DNA of 53,508 bases, filler included, from Sphacelaria rigidula (taxonomy: Eukaryota), in the NCBI GenBank assembly GCA_964200075.2. It is 4 parts of 4 records of this genome, joined end to end, with 100 filler letters (N's around TTAATTAATTAA, not from the genome) between each part and the next. Parts side by side here need not be neighbours in the genome. Positions count along the whole stretch, not along the records: positions 1 to 13,305 come from CAXNAA020002980.1; 3 more parts are not named here. One strand, 5' to 3'. The notes beneath the pieces are model-generated. The model ran no database searches and had not been told where the DNA came from. It saw only the letters and a list, made by a program, of their open reading frames with translations. The stretch's first letter is position 1. The number at the start of each line of letters is the position of its first letter. Shown here piece after piece: positions 1 through 12,443 of this stretch. Both the position numbers and the translations under genes were made by a program.

Positions 1-373
1 GAAAACAGACTAGATGAAACTTTCGGTCTTCGTCATAACCCTGCGATTACATACGCGGATTTTCAGCAACACGCCTCATTGGTCGTTCCGGAGGCCCGGT
101 CCCAAAAGGGTTAAGAAAACTCTCCGTACTTTCCATCTGGTCGAAACGTACTGCGTACACCAGAAGAGAACTCCGCATTGCATCCTTGTCCATTCGAGAA
201 AAAGAATGAGAGTACGATCCCACGATCCCGAAACAAACGGGGCCAATCGCGAAGATATATTCCCAGGATTAATCTGAACATTTCTCGTACCGTTTCGCAC
301 CAGCTAACGCGCCGCGTTTTTCACTAATGATCCCGGGACAGTATTCTGGATCTTCCGCTCTTGAATTGTGTGG

Positions 374-450
374 CTCCATGGAGATTCGAAACCACAACGT
401 AACCGTCAGAAGGTTTCGAGGTTATCAACTGAGCCGCCGGGGCGACCGGC
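374..450 (-). mobile_element. tRNA-derived SINE family A, head only
   Basis: The reverse complement reads GCCGGTCGCCCCGGCGGCTCAGTTGATAACCTCGAAACCTTCTGACGGTT...GGTTTCGAATCTC. It has A-box and B-box-like motifs and matches the copies at 1155, 4842 and 14900. Confidence 0.8.
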
Positions 451-1154
451 CCTGTAATGCATTCATCAAATAATCAGCAAGTATGAATAAAAAGAAAAAT
501 ACAAAATCATATCTTGACCGGGCTCAAACGTCACTTAGGCATCTTTAAACTGGTCGGTGATCGTGAAGGTATCAGGTATCCACCCTAGAACTGGTCTCAG
601 TCGAGGAATATCGGCACGTGAACGGACACGCTTGGATATATTCATGAAGGGCCGATCATGTGTGAAATCGAGCGAGTCTTCTTGTCATGTGCGAGGCAAT
701 AGCATGCAAATTATACAAGCTTCGAAAGTGTACACAGTCTTACCCCGCGGGGTGCGTATGATGACGATACAAAGAGAATAGTCAGAATTCTTTATCTCCA
801 TGACAAGACGGCTGAGCCACATTTTGGTGTAAGATGGGGAGCAAGACACGCATGGACACCTTTGGCGATATATAAATATATCATGTACGTATTGCTGTAG
901 TGATGGGCGTAGTAAAACAAGCATGTCGATGGGTAGCCATTTTTCAGAGTCTGCGAGCTGCGGCGTCCATAGCCTGTCGAGGAGAGGAAGGTTTTACGGT
1001 GACCGTCCGACCGGAAACCTATTTTTGGGCCGGATAATATCATATTTTGCTTGTCGTTGTTTGTTGATCTTCACGGCCGTGTCAAATTAGAAGAGATTTC
1101 CGTCACGACCTCTCGAGCAGTTACCTTTGTTGGAAATCCCATATCGCGCCGGGC

Positions 1155-1386
1155 ACCGGACGCCCCGGTGGCTCAGTTGGTAACCTCGAAACCTTTTGAC
1201 GGTTGGGGCGTGGGTTCGAATCTCGGAGCGATGTGGGATTTTTTCTCACACAATACCCAACAGTAGAGAGCGACCATGTCGTGGGTACACAAACAGATGA
1301 TTTGACGGTCGACGAGGGAAAGGTATTGCTGAGACCCTCTCGCGATTAGAAAATATAGGCAAGCACCGCAGAAAGAAGGTGGAGAA
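1155..1386 (+). mobile_element. SINE family A, 5' part of an interrupted copy
   Basis: A box TGGCTCAGTTGG and B box GGTTCGAATCTC are present. The body aligns with the reverse complement of the 4452-4842 copy up to ...GCAGAAAGAAGGTGGAG, where similarity stops. Confidence 0.85.
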
Positions 1387-1425
1387 CCGTGGGTCCCAGT
1401 CATGCTAACCCAATATAGCAATATA

Positions 1426-1726
1426 GCCGCCGCGCCCCGGTGGTGTAAAGGTCCGACTGTCGCCATTCAGGTGGAGAGAGCGGGGGTCCGAATCCCGATG
1501 CGTTAGGTTTTTTCTTCGTAACATTTGATTTCCACCGTGGAAAGCGTGACAACGTGAGTAAACAAAGTAGTCGACTGGGTTTGTGTGATGTGAGTTGACG
1601 CGGTGCGTGAGTGCTGACCGAATTCGCGAGACCAAAATGAAAGGCGCGTACCGGGGGAGAGATACGTCGACCCCTTGAGACCACAGACTCATCCCGAGGA
1701 ACGGGAGGGGTTCAAGGTGTGAGGAA

Positions 1727-1757
<31 letters not shown>
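1426..1757 (+). mobile_element. tRNA-derived SINE family B with (TA)n tail
   Basis: The head GCCGCCGCGCCCCGGTGGTGTAAAGG...GGTCCGAATCCC carries A/B-box-like motifs. The ~300-nt body is homologous to 9011-9310(-) and ends in (TA)n at ~1726-1757. Confidence 0.8.
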
Positions 1758-2216
1758 GCCTCATGGTTCTACCGAGAACCAGACCCATGGGTCTTGCCCA
1801 TTGAAACCTTCTAGCCACGAGGAAAGTTCTTCGGGTGTTGGCTATACCGCTCTAGAAGACCTGTCGAACTGTCTGTGCACTTTGGGAGCCAAGGAGCTAT
1901 GTGTACGCTCTAATGTCAAAGCCAACGCACACAATGCCCTTAAGCCCACATATGTGAGCTTGACTGTACACACCACAAGCATATTCTGTAAGCTCGACTG
2001 GCTTGTGGCCCGTCTTTTGTCTTACACACGGTGCGAGTCTGCACTGCTCGCCCCCCGTCACTCACTCTACTTCCCAGTTCATTTCTGGGACCTTTACTGT
2101 CAGCTCTCCTGAGCATTTTCCGGTCCTCAACGCACCGTCATACCTTAATCGATAAAGCACTCTGCTGTCACACGGAGGCGAGGGCTCATAACCCTCTGGC
2201 GGTATTCTACTGCTGT

Positions 2217-2352
2217 GTACTAAACCATAGAAGCAACTCAACCTGAGATGACAAAACCCCCGTGTTGGCCTTCCTCCTGTGCGACCCCGGCGGGTGCGCC
2301 CACATGTATCGAAAGGTGAAGACCGGCGTCCAGAATAGATGGAATGACAACA
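2217..2352 (+). mobile_element. SINE family A, 3' part continuing the 1155-1386 copy
   Basis: TACTAAA...CCCCCGTGTTGGCCTTCCTCCTGTGCGACCCCGGCGGGTGCGCCCACAT...GGCGTCCAGAATAGATGG matches the 3' end of the 4452-4842 copy, in the same orientation as the 1155 head. Confidence 0.75.
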
Positions 2353-3006
2353 TATCGCGCCCAGGCCGCGGTTGTGATGGCCTCTCTTTCTGCTGTCTGG
2401 GAGCTCAAGCTATATATGGGGCATTTGATGGATACCAGATGCCCTGTGGGTGTTGTGTGCCCCTATATACGTCTCGTTGTTCTCCTGACTCGTGTTCCGG
2501 ACAAGGTGCAGGGTCGATCGAACAGTGGCTGCAAAGCATTATATGATGACCAACAGCGACATCCGAGAAAGCGTAGATCGTATATCCACCTCCCTGCTCC
2601 AGCATGAACAGAGTGCAATGGCGTGGTACCGGTGGCAGACGTCTCAAGGACGGTCCGGAGCTGATTTGGCCTAACGTGTATGAAGATGATCGCTCACGTG
2701 TCCATTGACCAACGATACGTCCAAGTAAGAGCGCACTGCAGTGTTAGCTATGCTGATCTGAGCCCGAAAAGCGTCTGGGCTGTTCGACGACACCATACCG
2801 ACGAGAGACAAGTAATCTATTTTCTTCTGGAATGTTCCGCCCGGGTATACTTGCTTTTAGGGTCCAACCTCTTGACGGGTGAGTCGCGCGTTCAGACGAC
2901 GCCCTCCCAGCTCACCCACGACGTACTCCTCCTCACCATCCACATACACCCTATAGCACTGGCCGTGTCCTGGTGCTCTGAACCCTTACCCTCAAGACCT
3001 TCAACA

Positions 3007-3037
3007 TATATATACAACATATATATATATATATATA
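3007..3037. repeat. (TA)n microsatellite, interrupted
   Basis: Directly visible in the sequence. Confidence 0.9.
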
Positions 3038-4448
3038 CTTCCAGGATTAGTGTTCTGACCGCGTGATTTTCCCGGAGAATGACCATCGCTGTATGATGCA
3101 TTCGGATCTGAAGCACCCAACGCAAGAATCAGTACTCAAATCGCGCACGAAGCCGTCGATAACGGGCCGGAAAAGTTCGAACCCTCGATGGTGTGTCCTC
3201 GGCCCCGTCCCCGATAATTGCCGATGAAAAATAATCACGGGCAGGAGGCTGGGGGGAAAACGTCGGACGAGAGGTGTGAGTAGGAGTACCTTTGTTTCGG
3301 TGCGTGCGTATGTCCGTGTGTAATGCACTCCCTCACACCATGTTGGGAAAAGCGCCATCATTTGTGTACCAAGCTGCACCGGCCACCCCAAGGTAAGGAG
3401 CACGGCTTGTAGTGAAACAACAGCATCGTGGTGACTGAATTATGCTCTTCTCTCGGTCTGTTGTGTTCACCATATCGGTACCGCCATGTGCGCCGTACCG
3501 CCTCTGCAGCCTCCGTCCGCTGGGACTAGAGTTTTTACCTCGGGAATCCACGGAATAGTGTCACTCACCTCAGGATCGGTCATATCTTGCATCGGAACAG
3601 TCATAACTGGGGAAAAAAGCGAAAACCCCAGACGAAATTTCCTCGCGGTCGAAGGGTTTCACTTTCAAACTGGTGCAGGAAACGGTCTCTCCGGAGATTT
3701 TGACTCGAAAAGTGAGTGTACGGCGCAGATGGCCCACCCTGGCGATCTAAAGTCACTTTTTCTGCAGCTGGCAGGGAGAAACAGGTTGACGCTCTCAAAT
3801 CGAGTAATCCGATACTTGGTGATACCCGTAGATGAGCGGAAGGAACGCAGAGAGGGAGGGCAAAAGAAGACAACGCTATACTGTACTGTACTGTGATGTG
3901 TGGTATACTCTGCGGCTTGATCGATCTATACAGACAACAGTCACCCTCAGGGTATGAGTCACTTGTGAAGCATGGGCGTGATCTTTCAAAAATACATGTA
4001 AGACAGAGATGGCGGTCCAAGGATTTCATTTTGCAACTAACTGGCAGCAGGAAGAGGTGACGCCCTCGAAGGGTTTGGTGTCATCTGATTCTTGGTGATA
4101 CCCATAGACAAAGGGAACGCATGCAGCGGGGAAGACAGAGAACACAAGACCGTACTGTAGCATACACCATTGCACTACGAAGCTGAGGATTGTAGATCGG
4201 CGTTATCGCGACTTTGGCAGTCACCCCCAGGGTGAGTAACCTGTTTTGTATTGGCACGTTTTTGACGTGAAAATGAAGGACGACCAGACCGTTCGGGCGA
4301 TGCAATGCGACAAGGAAGTGTGCGTGTCATGGGCGCCGAAAGCCTTCTGCGCTTTTTTTCCAACCGATCGGAAGGGTCACTCCCATTTCTTCAGCTTGCG
4401 GGATTTTTTTGAAAAAAACCCCGGCCGAATTAGGATAGCAAACTTTCG

Positions 4449-4451
<3 letters not shown>

Positions 4452-4485
<34 letters not shown>

Positions 4486-4842
4486 GTGTGTTTTCGTCCC
4501 ATCTCTTCTGGACGCCGATCTACACCTTCCGGTATATGTGGACGCACCAGGCGGTGTCACAGAGGAGGAAGGTCAACGCAGGAGTTTTTTTTCTTTTCTG
4601 TGCGTTTTTAGTACTCCACCTTCCTTCTGCGGTGCTTGCCTTTTTTTTTCCCATCTCGAAAGGGGTTCGGCAGTTCCTTTCCCCCGTCGACCGTTAAGTC
4701 GAATTTGTGCAACCACGACGTAGTCACTCTCCACTGTTGAGTACGGTGTGACAAAATATCCTATATCGCTCCGAGATTTGAACCAACGACCTAACCGTCA
4801 GAGGGTTTCGAGGTTACCATCTGAGCCACCGGGGCGACCGGC
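4452..4842 (-). mobile_element. SINE family A, near full length, with (CA)n tail
   Basis: The tRNA-like head is at ~4765-4842(-) and the body is shared with the other copies. The (TG)n run at 4452-4490 on + is a (CA)n tail on the element strand. Confidence 0.85.
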
Positions 4843-5400
4843 AAGATCTAGAGTACGGCACATGTATACACGTCGGTTCCTACCGTCCTGTCTAGATCTT
4901 TGGGGGATCGACCCCCTTTCCCTCATTATCCCGCCACGTGCACTGCTGCTCATGCTAAACCCTAGACCAGCGCGATTCTAATAGCCTACTTATGTTCACC
5001 AAAATACTTTCGATAATCACTTAGGAGTGTGGGTGACGGACGGCTGACGGAGATGGAGGCATCCACGAGCTCCTAACGCCCCAGCAAAGACTTGCAAGAG
5101 TAGCTTCGCTAGCCTGTCCGTCGCCGTTTCTTTCTCCTTGCACTTTGACTTGGCAACAGACACGCAACTGGAGGCGTATCATAATCGTGTAATAATGACT
5201 TGTTGATGGGGATACTGCACTGTAGGGTGATGACTGGGTGCTCGATGATTCAACACAGCCCACCATAGCACGTTTAGAACGTGCATGAACTGTACAGTTG
5301 ACTTCGATCTCCTGCATGTGATGCACGTGTAATGTATCTGGTGACGCAAGATATTCCGCCATGAGAAACCCTTCGCTCGAGGTATATTGTTTACTTGCAG

Positions 5401-5555
5401 GCGTGCGAGATGGCATTGCCGACAACCAATCGCTGTTTTCTTTTACAGGAAGGGGCGGTGACGTGTATACAACAAGCTCATTCTGTGCAAAAGCTATGAT
5501 TATTGCGGGCCTCGAACAGGAGCGAAGTAGTTCATCTCTAGCGGGAAGCAAGAAG
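5401..5555 (+). CDS. Putative internal exon, possibly of the TPR-like gene ending at 16135
   Basis: Pyrimidine-rich acceptor TTGTTTACTTGCAG|, an open frame (VRDGIADNQSLF...LAGSKK) and donor AAG|GTGAC. No homology recognised. Confidence 0.35.
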
Positions 5556-8500
5556 GTGACGTTGTTCAATTGGCTGGACTCCTAGGAACGCCTTGTAGCC
5601 TCATCTTTCGTTTCGATGTGGAGTACAGCACAGGTGGAATGTGCCAAATTACGAGGGGAAAGCTTTTACACCAGTGAAACTGTGTTTATCGTGCACATAC
5701 CTTGCGTGCTTCCCCAGCGGTCCATGCTCTGAAGCTAGTAGAGAGTGACATCGGGTCCTTCCTACTTGACGAAGAGTTATATAGTGAAGTTGTTGCCTCC
5801 CGATGAGCAGCAGGCTTGAATATTGGGGTCGGACGTTCAAGAAAAATTATTACTTCGTGAATTCCATGAATGATCGACCCGACTGGACGGGCTACATTCT
5901 TCGGCGGATGCTTTTTCGTTAGACATATTTGAGTTATTCGTGGGGTGTTGTTCTCTTCTTTAGGATGAGGGAGCAGCGCCGCTGGGTGGGCATGGCCTTG
6001 GATCAATCCAACACTGACGGTGCGGTTTGTACACCTGTCACTCCGATAACCGTTGTCTGCAAAGGACAAGCAGCGTGGTTTGCGGCGCGCTCGCGCCACG
6101 AGAACGAGGCGACGTTGCAAACCGCATTCAAAACACATCAACCCGCATAACCTGAGAATGGTAACCCAGTACTCATGGCATGATCATGAATATGTCATAG
6201 GTTTCCAAGTCGGTTCATTTCACGGCTCAAATAGATACTTTCAAGACCGATGGCTCGAAAATACTGATTCGATTCTGAGAGAGTTGCAGGGATTGTCCTC
6301 GAGTACGGTGTTTGGAGAAGCATTGCACTGTACTGTGTAGTATCACACAGGACCTTGGCGGTATCATTGTGTGCGGTGCGGCAGTAGGGGGTTGTTGTCT
6401 TCACTTGGTTCAGCTCGGAGCACAGCATGTTGTTCTTCGGAACTGCAGTGCCTCATGTTACGGGGTCAAAACGATGAAGGCACCTGCAGCGACAAATGCA
6501 GTCCTCAGCATACCGTACTTTCAAGGGTACTGCATGCATTCATGTACACCTTGTAGGTCAGACGATTGATTGAAGAATCCCAACGTCCGTAGTCATCGCG
6601 GAGGCGCAGAAGGAGACTCAGAAATCGACACCCTCCGCAAAGCAGGAACAGTGCGATTGACGGCTCTATTGTGGTGCCACTTTTCCAGCAAGCACCGTCC
6701 GAGTACTTGGGGAGAATCTGAAATATGGAGAGAAAAAATAATCCTAGCCATCATCAAACTAAACGGCTCGCCGCACACAAGAGTTCAATTCACAATCACA
6801 ACTCTTTCGTCACACCGATCGGTGGACAGGAAATAGCGGAAGTAAGCACACCGACGACGGCACCCTACCCGTCGAGAAAATAGACGAAAACCGACGTAGC
6901 ACAAAGTAGTTGGGAATGCACAAAACGAGAGAGATAGGAAAGCACCACAGCAGGATTTTGTTTCGGTATATTACTCATAGTAAAGGTTTTTGATACTTCG
7001 CAATCTCTCGAACCCGCTGTCCTAAGCTTTGATCAATGGAGTATGTAGATGTATCGAGTGAGAGATACGGCGGCAGAAAGCACTTTTTTAGGAACAAATT
7101 GATTTAGTGCGTACGCTTTCGTCATGAAAGAGTGAGCAACAGGTAGTTACGTAGCAGTGACCCTCGCCCCAAACCCAGTCTGCATTGAACCTTTGTTGCA
7201 AAATTCGGAATCGTTTCCCGCTCAAGCTTGCTCTGGGTCAGAGAAGTCCCACTGCAAGTTTCCAGCTTCATAGACCGTGTGCCCTGCAGCGCTGTAGAGA
7301 CGTTAGCGAGGAACAGGATTCAGTAATTTGTTTGTACATTGTAGCACACACTTCCCACGTGCGTTAGCCCACGATTTCATGGCCCGGCATGCGTACTAAG
7401 GTTGTTGTGTCGTCTCTACAGCAGAATTTCACTTCGTGTAGGAGAAACTGGCTCAGTGGATGATGACCACGCACTGCCGACATGCCATGTTCTTTGGTTC
7501 TATGGGCCGTGTGGGATGGCGAATTACAGCACGTGACAGGTTTCGAAGGGAAGCACTTCTCACAGGTTTTGCGCCGACGCCGGTGCCACGTGTGCATTCG
7601 TAGTAGGAGTCGACGAGAGAGCTGCTATCTTATTTTTCCGTTACGAGATGAATCATCAAGTGTTTTGGAGACCTTTATTTAAGAATGCACAGATGGTCAC
7701 GCCTCCGTTGGACAGCCCTTGGGGAAAACATTGATCTCATACAGGCTACGTACGGTGGCTCGTGACTCCTCATGGGTGAACAACGAGGGACTGTCTCACG
7801 AGTAAATTGGCTTCTTCTTATTGTTTCAAAGTGAGAGATGGCATGTGATACGATCTAACGCGTTCGACCTTGTATGGGTCTCATGAGCTCCGAGCACTGC
7901 CCCACGTGTCACGACAACAATCCTTGTTTCGGATCAGTATCCGCTAGCCACAATGTTCTTTAAAAGTGCCTGTGGTGCCAGAAATAGTGCCGATCTAGAA
8001 AGGACACTTTTTGTGGCCTCGCTCTTCAGGGTGTAGCCCATAAGATCACACAGTTATACAGTCGTTGACGTTCACCCGTCTTCGCCTCGCAAACCGTTTC
8101 TGGATACAATCTGGCTGACGGTGAACACACAACTACACTGCAAACCTTCCCGCAGGGTTTAGAGTTGGATTCTGAAAATGTGTCTTTCTGTACTTCAGGT
8201 CACTGTAATACTTTCGAGGATGGACGTTTCGCTTTTCTTCATTTCGCCGGTTTTCGGGAGTCCCAGGGTTCTGGGAGATTCGGGGCAATCACGTGACCTT
8301 GTAAGACCCCCGATAACCGGCGAATGAAAAGATCGGAGAACCCCGTCCTCAGAAATTCGTGATGGCATAATGTGCATACAGTCAGGTTTTAGAGATTAAC
8401 TCTACAACCTGCGTGAATTTGGGGGATACGTGCGCTGAAGTGTCCCGTGCCCGATACAACCTCCTAACCTGATATATGTGATTACAGAACGCCTATTTCG

Positions 8501-9010
8501 ACTTGTATACGGCCGCTGTTCATCAGTTTATCGAGATTCGCGACGAACTCGTACAAATAGTTCTTTGACTACCCCGGGATGAAAACATATCATTTTCTTG
8601 CTTTGAGGCATTGTGTGCCGGCTTCCGGGGGTCTCGACGCCCGAACCCACGGAAGCCGGTGTTTGCGAAGCAGCTTCGAAATATTTTTTAACAATATATA
8701 TTTTTTGCATTTGGAGCACCAATACCCAACGAACTGCCAAGTTTGAGGGTGATCATAGGCGTTTTACGTCAACTACAAACGAAAGCGTCAAAACGCCACC
8801 TGGGTCCTTAATGCAAATCATCAGTAGAAATCCGACGACGCCCAAACCCCACATCACAGATATTCGACGGGTTTGGGTATTCGATCCCATATTAGCCGTT
8901 TCTACATGTTTCTTTCAGCGTTATTCATAAGCGGATGGTGTATACCACGAACTGAAGCATGTGAAGAGTGGGTGCACATTGGGTTTCATTTAATCACTCG
9001 TTGTTTGACT

Positions 9011-9310
9011 TGTCGCACTCTGAACCCTACCCTTTCTTGGGACGAATCCGTGGTCTCAAGGGATCAACCCATCTCCCTCTAGTTCATCCCTTGCATCTCG
9101 ATCTTGCGGAATTGGGTCAGCACTCCCGCACCGCGTCAAATCTTGTCCATCAAAGTCTGTCAACTACTTTTTGCTTGCTTACGTACTCTCACTTTCGACG
9201 GTGGAAATTAGATACATGGAGGAAAAGACTCAACGCATCGGAAATCGAACCATTGATCTCTCCACCTTAGCGGTGGCAATCGGACCATTGCACCACTGGG
9301 GCGCGGCGGC
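9011..9310 (-). mobile_element. SINE family B copy
   Basis: The reverse complement GCCGCCGCGCCCCAGTGGTGCAATGG...GGTTCGATTTCCGATGCGTTGAG...GACGCGGTGCGGGAGTGCTGACC...CCCTTGAGACCACGG aligns end to end with 1426-1725. Confidence 0.85.
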
Positions 9311-9729
9311 AAGTTGACCTAGCCCTAGTCCTTACCTGAGCGGTGACAGTTGAACAAAACTCCGGCTATGTCACTCTCTTCATTTGCCCATGGGCAGTAT
9401 GATGCCACGTATGCACATGTTCGATGGGGGCTGCGAAAGAGGTCTGCTGAGGAGTGTATCTGGGGTGTCAACCTTGAACCGGACGGGCCGGCTAATAATG
9501 TTCGCTGATTCTCGCTAACCACCAAACATTTGTTTCTTCTTTGATGCGAATATGCGATACTATCCCGTCCACATGGTGCAAGCGAGTCGTGCACCACACG
9601 CGTTCTTTGTGCTCTCTGTTTGACAGTGATAGTTGTAGTGATCAATGTGCACGTGGCAGCGCGTGTTTTATCTAGCATGTGTTCGGGAGCATACTCACCC
9701 ACCTGCATTCCCCCCACCCCAGACACAGT

Positions 9730-10530
9730 GATTCCGCAAGAGCAGCTGAAACCTGTCTCGCGACAGGAGCTACTTGGAAAGAGTAGTCAGCAATCAAGAA
9801 TGGGATGGACGTAGATGCGGACAACTTGACAGATGTCTCCTGGACATTCCAACACCAACATCCGGCACAGCTGTAGTAGTCGTCGGACGGTACCACCTTT
9901 ACCATGTAGCCGTGGTACTTGAACGGAGTCATCGGTAGACACCAAGTAGGACTGGGAACATGTTCACAAACGTTTGGAAACATGATGTGCTTAATCGGCA
10001 CGCGAAGTATGTACACGGCACATGTGATTGTAGCCGTGCATGGATCCCGCCTTCCTGATGGGGGCAAATCACACTTGAGGGTTTGAGATTTTCACAGCCG
10101 TAACTCGTTTACTGTATGTGCCATTGCCAGGGACATGACCCGAACAAAATGTCATACCACGCGTGATGGACAGGTTTTCCTGTGGCCAGCATGTCATGCG
10201 TATCTTCCTCACGCATGTACGTTCCTTAAGCGGTGCAACGGTGGTCCTGTGAGCTGTTCACTTTTGCCGTCCGGTGCACAGACAGCTACTCGAGACCTAA
10301 GCCTGGCTGAGGGATGGGTCACGTGAGAGCTGGCCATGCGCGTCACATGGATTTATTGTTTCAATGCATCTCGATTTCTCGTTGAGCACACTCGAGATTG
10401 GCTGGACTGAGTGTGCCCAGACGAACCAAAGCGTTTTGTTGTTGGCGACGGAACAGCACAGTACACAGGCGAGCCCGCGCAGAAAAGCGTTGGCAAGCGT
10501 CTCTGCAAACGATCGTGTTTGACCCAAGGT
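9730..10530 (-). pseudogene. Decayed RecQ-like SF2 helicase C-terminal half (motifs IV-VI plus a Zn-binding RQC-like segment)
   Basis: In order on the - strand, across frameshifts: QTRSFAETLANAF (motif IV-like, ~10485-10523), ERT...W.QENLSI, GNGTYSKRVTAV (motif V-like, ~10093-10128), PSSVICPHQEGG / GRRDP (motif VI-like, ~10043-10081), and CLPMTPFKYHG...CAGCWCWNV (Zn-binding-like, ~9843-9942). Manual matching only. Confidence 0.5.
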
Positions 10531-10714
10531 CCTCACGTGTGCACGCCATCTAGTGTTTCGAGATTATGCGTAACACCGTTCCCCCTTTAATCGAGACACT
10601 GAAAAACCACGTGCCGGTGGTGTTGCTAGTGGCCATTTTTCGGCCGTGCAGACACAGATGCCGCGGACCACATATGAACCAAATGGATGGTTAACGAACA
10701 GAACGTTTTGGAAA

Positions 10715-10930
10715 ACGAGCAGAACTTGTTGAAAAACTCCTCGAACCATGACGCCATTGTATGGAGTAAAGGGTAGTAAACTCAAAACAAGATACTTTTG
10801 CAGTGTATGGAGTACAGAATACTATAATACAGTCAACACAAAACATGGCAGTTCTGCAGTGTTTTGTTTTTGTTCTGGAACCTGAAGACGGACTGTATAC
10901 AGTATGCATCAACTTCTCTTGTTGCTAAAT
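10715..10930 (+). repeat. Dispersed repeat, inverted homolog of 41158-41325
   Basis: GGCAGTTCTGCAGTG...GAACCTGAAGACGGACTGTATACAGTATGCATCAACTTCTCTT is the near reverse complement of 41170-41240, and the similarity extends on both sides. Confidence 0.8.
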
Positions 10931-11344
10931 TAACCTTGCCTTGGTCGCGAGCGCCGGCGCCGATGCCAACGGCAGCAGCCGTCATGCTGACGGGTGCAAG
11001 CAGTACCCTGGCGGTGCAGCATATCCGCACAGTGCTGTGCGTCACTCCTTTCATTGCAGCATGGGGTCTGGCCCAGCCGATCGAGCGGTGTATACTGGTG
11101 CTGGTCGCGTGCCTTTACCCAGCAGTGCTCGGTATCGCGCAAGTGATGGGTCCGGGTAACATGAAATTTTCAATTTTCAACAGTCAAGTGTGTAGACAGC
11201 ACTGCGTCCTGACTGATACCAAATGTTACAGCTTGGTGACAGAGAGACGAACACAACAATACAGCACATCAATTGAAGTATAGGCTGTGCTCCGCTAACA
11301 CGACACAGCTGTAGCCTGTACTTGTGACCTTGTACTACTGCATG

Positions 11345-11527
11345 TCCGAGCACAGGCTCTACTCTGCAAGCACAGACAAAACAGTAGTGCCACGTGACAA
11401 GCACGGGCCATACTCTGCAAGCACAAACAATACAGCAGCGCCAGGTTACAAGCACGGGCTGTACTCGCGAGCACAGTAGGAAGCTGCGCTTTGCCAATAC
11501 AGTACAGTGCTACACCGTCTTCACTGT
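11345..11527 (+). repeat. Degenerate tandem repeat (~52-nt unit, about 3 copies); the last unit and its flank are duplicated at 12580-12667
   Basis: The unit AGCAC(A/G)GGC...TACTC(T)GC(A)AGCACA recurs. 11443-11527 is nearly identical to 12580-12667, and a related unit lies at ~40890-40930. Confidence 0.8.
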
Positions 11528-11634
11528 AAGTTTCGAGGCCACATGCAGATGCACGTACATAGCAGTGGTGGGTGCAGATGCAGAGTGTATCACTGCTGAC
11601 TACGTGAAGGCTTTACTTTGTTTATGAACATCTG

Positions 11635-12443
11635 TAAGACCGACTTGTATGGCAGTCCCAAAAACGGATCTGTACGCAGATCAGGGGAAGCTCAGATTCG
11701 TTTGTCACGAATTGAGAACGGTCTTACACGAATCTGAGCTCAGATCCGTGGAAAATCGAGGTCCCCCGAATCTGTAGCAACTGGCGTACATATGTCGACG
11801 TACGATGATTGGGCAACACGCGTTTGGTATTTTTGCAACAGCAGCACCAGACAGTCTGACAGTCTCGTGACAGCGCAGAGAGTGCCTGCGAGCGCCGGCT
11901 GCTGGAGCAGCTCAGCACGGGGTTTGACAAGCGGATTAGAAATGACGATGCCGTACCCTGCGGTGATGGCAAACTTTAATGCTGCACTGTGCTACTGTAT
12001 GCATCATCATAACGGACGGTACTCTACTACCCTACACTCTGATGTCGTGGTTGTTGCAGGGTGATGAATGACACAGCACTCGTGAACTCTTGCCGCACCC
12101 TTTGTACTGTTCTCGCAATACCGACTGTACTATCATATATTACCACACGGCATTATCGTTTACTGTGATCGTGGAGTGTACTGCACTGCATTATACCCTA
12201 GGCCAACACGGTACGACTCTACTCTTGGAGGATGATTCCCTCCCTGCCTATTCTCCGGCTTCGGTTTTGTGATACCACACCCTCCCAGAAAATGACCGTT
12301 CGTGTACAGAACAATTTCAAAAAAACTTTGAAGCCATACAGGGGTCCACACGAATCGGAGTTTCACGAATCCGGGTCCCCCCGATTTGGCACAGATTCGT
12401 ATCCCGCCAGATTCGGAATTGGCTGCCATACGAGTTGGTCTAA
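11635..12443. repeat. Inverted-repeat pair with MITE-like ends
   Basis: TAAGACCGACTTGTATGGCAG (11635-11655) matches the reverse complement of 12423-12443 (TTAGACCAACTCGTATGGCAG) at 18/21 positions. Both ends carry GAATC/GATTC-rich subterminal motifs. Confidence 0.65.
11845..12018 (+). CDS. Putative internal exon (TPR-like gene?)
   Basis: Acceptor TATTTTTGCAACAG(CAG)|, only one open frame (...RVPASAGCWSSSARGL...NAALCYC), and a possible donor CG|GTACT. Boundaries are uncertain. Confidence 0.3.

Noticed and set aside
540..924. Minus-strand coding-like tract (CPCVSC...MWLSRLV)
   Set aside because: It has in-frame stops and no motif I can assign.
1155..1235. Functional tRNA genes at the SINE heads (also 1426, 4765, 9230, 14820)
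   Set aside because: The acceptor and D stems do not pair properly, the copies diverge from each other, and each continues into a shared non-tRNA body.
5021..5569. 182-aa minus-strand ORF
   Set aside because: No recognisable homology. It is probably the antisense shadow of a + strand exon with better splice signals.
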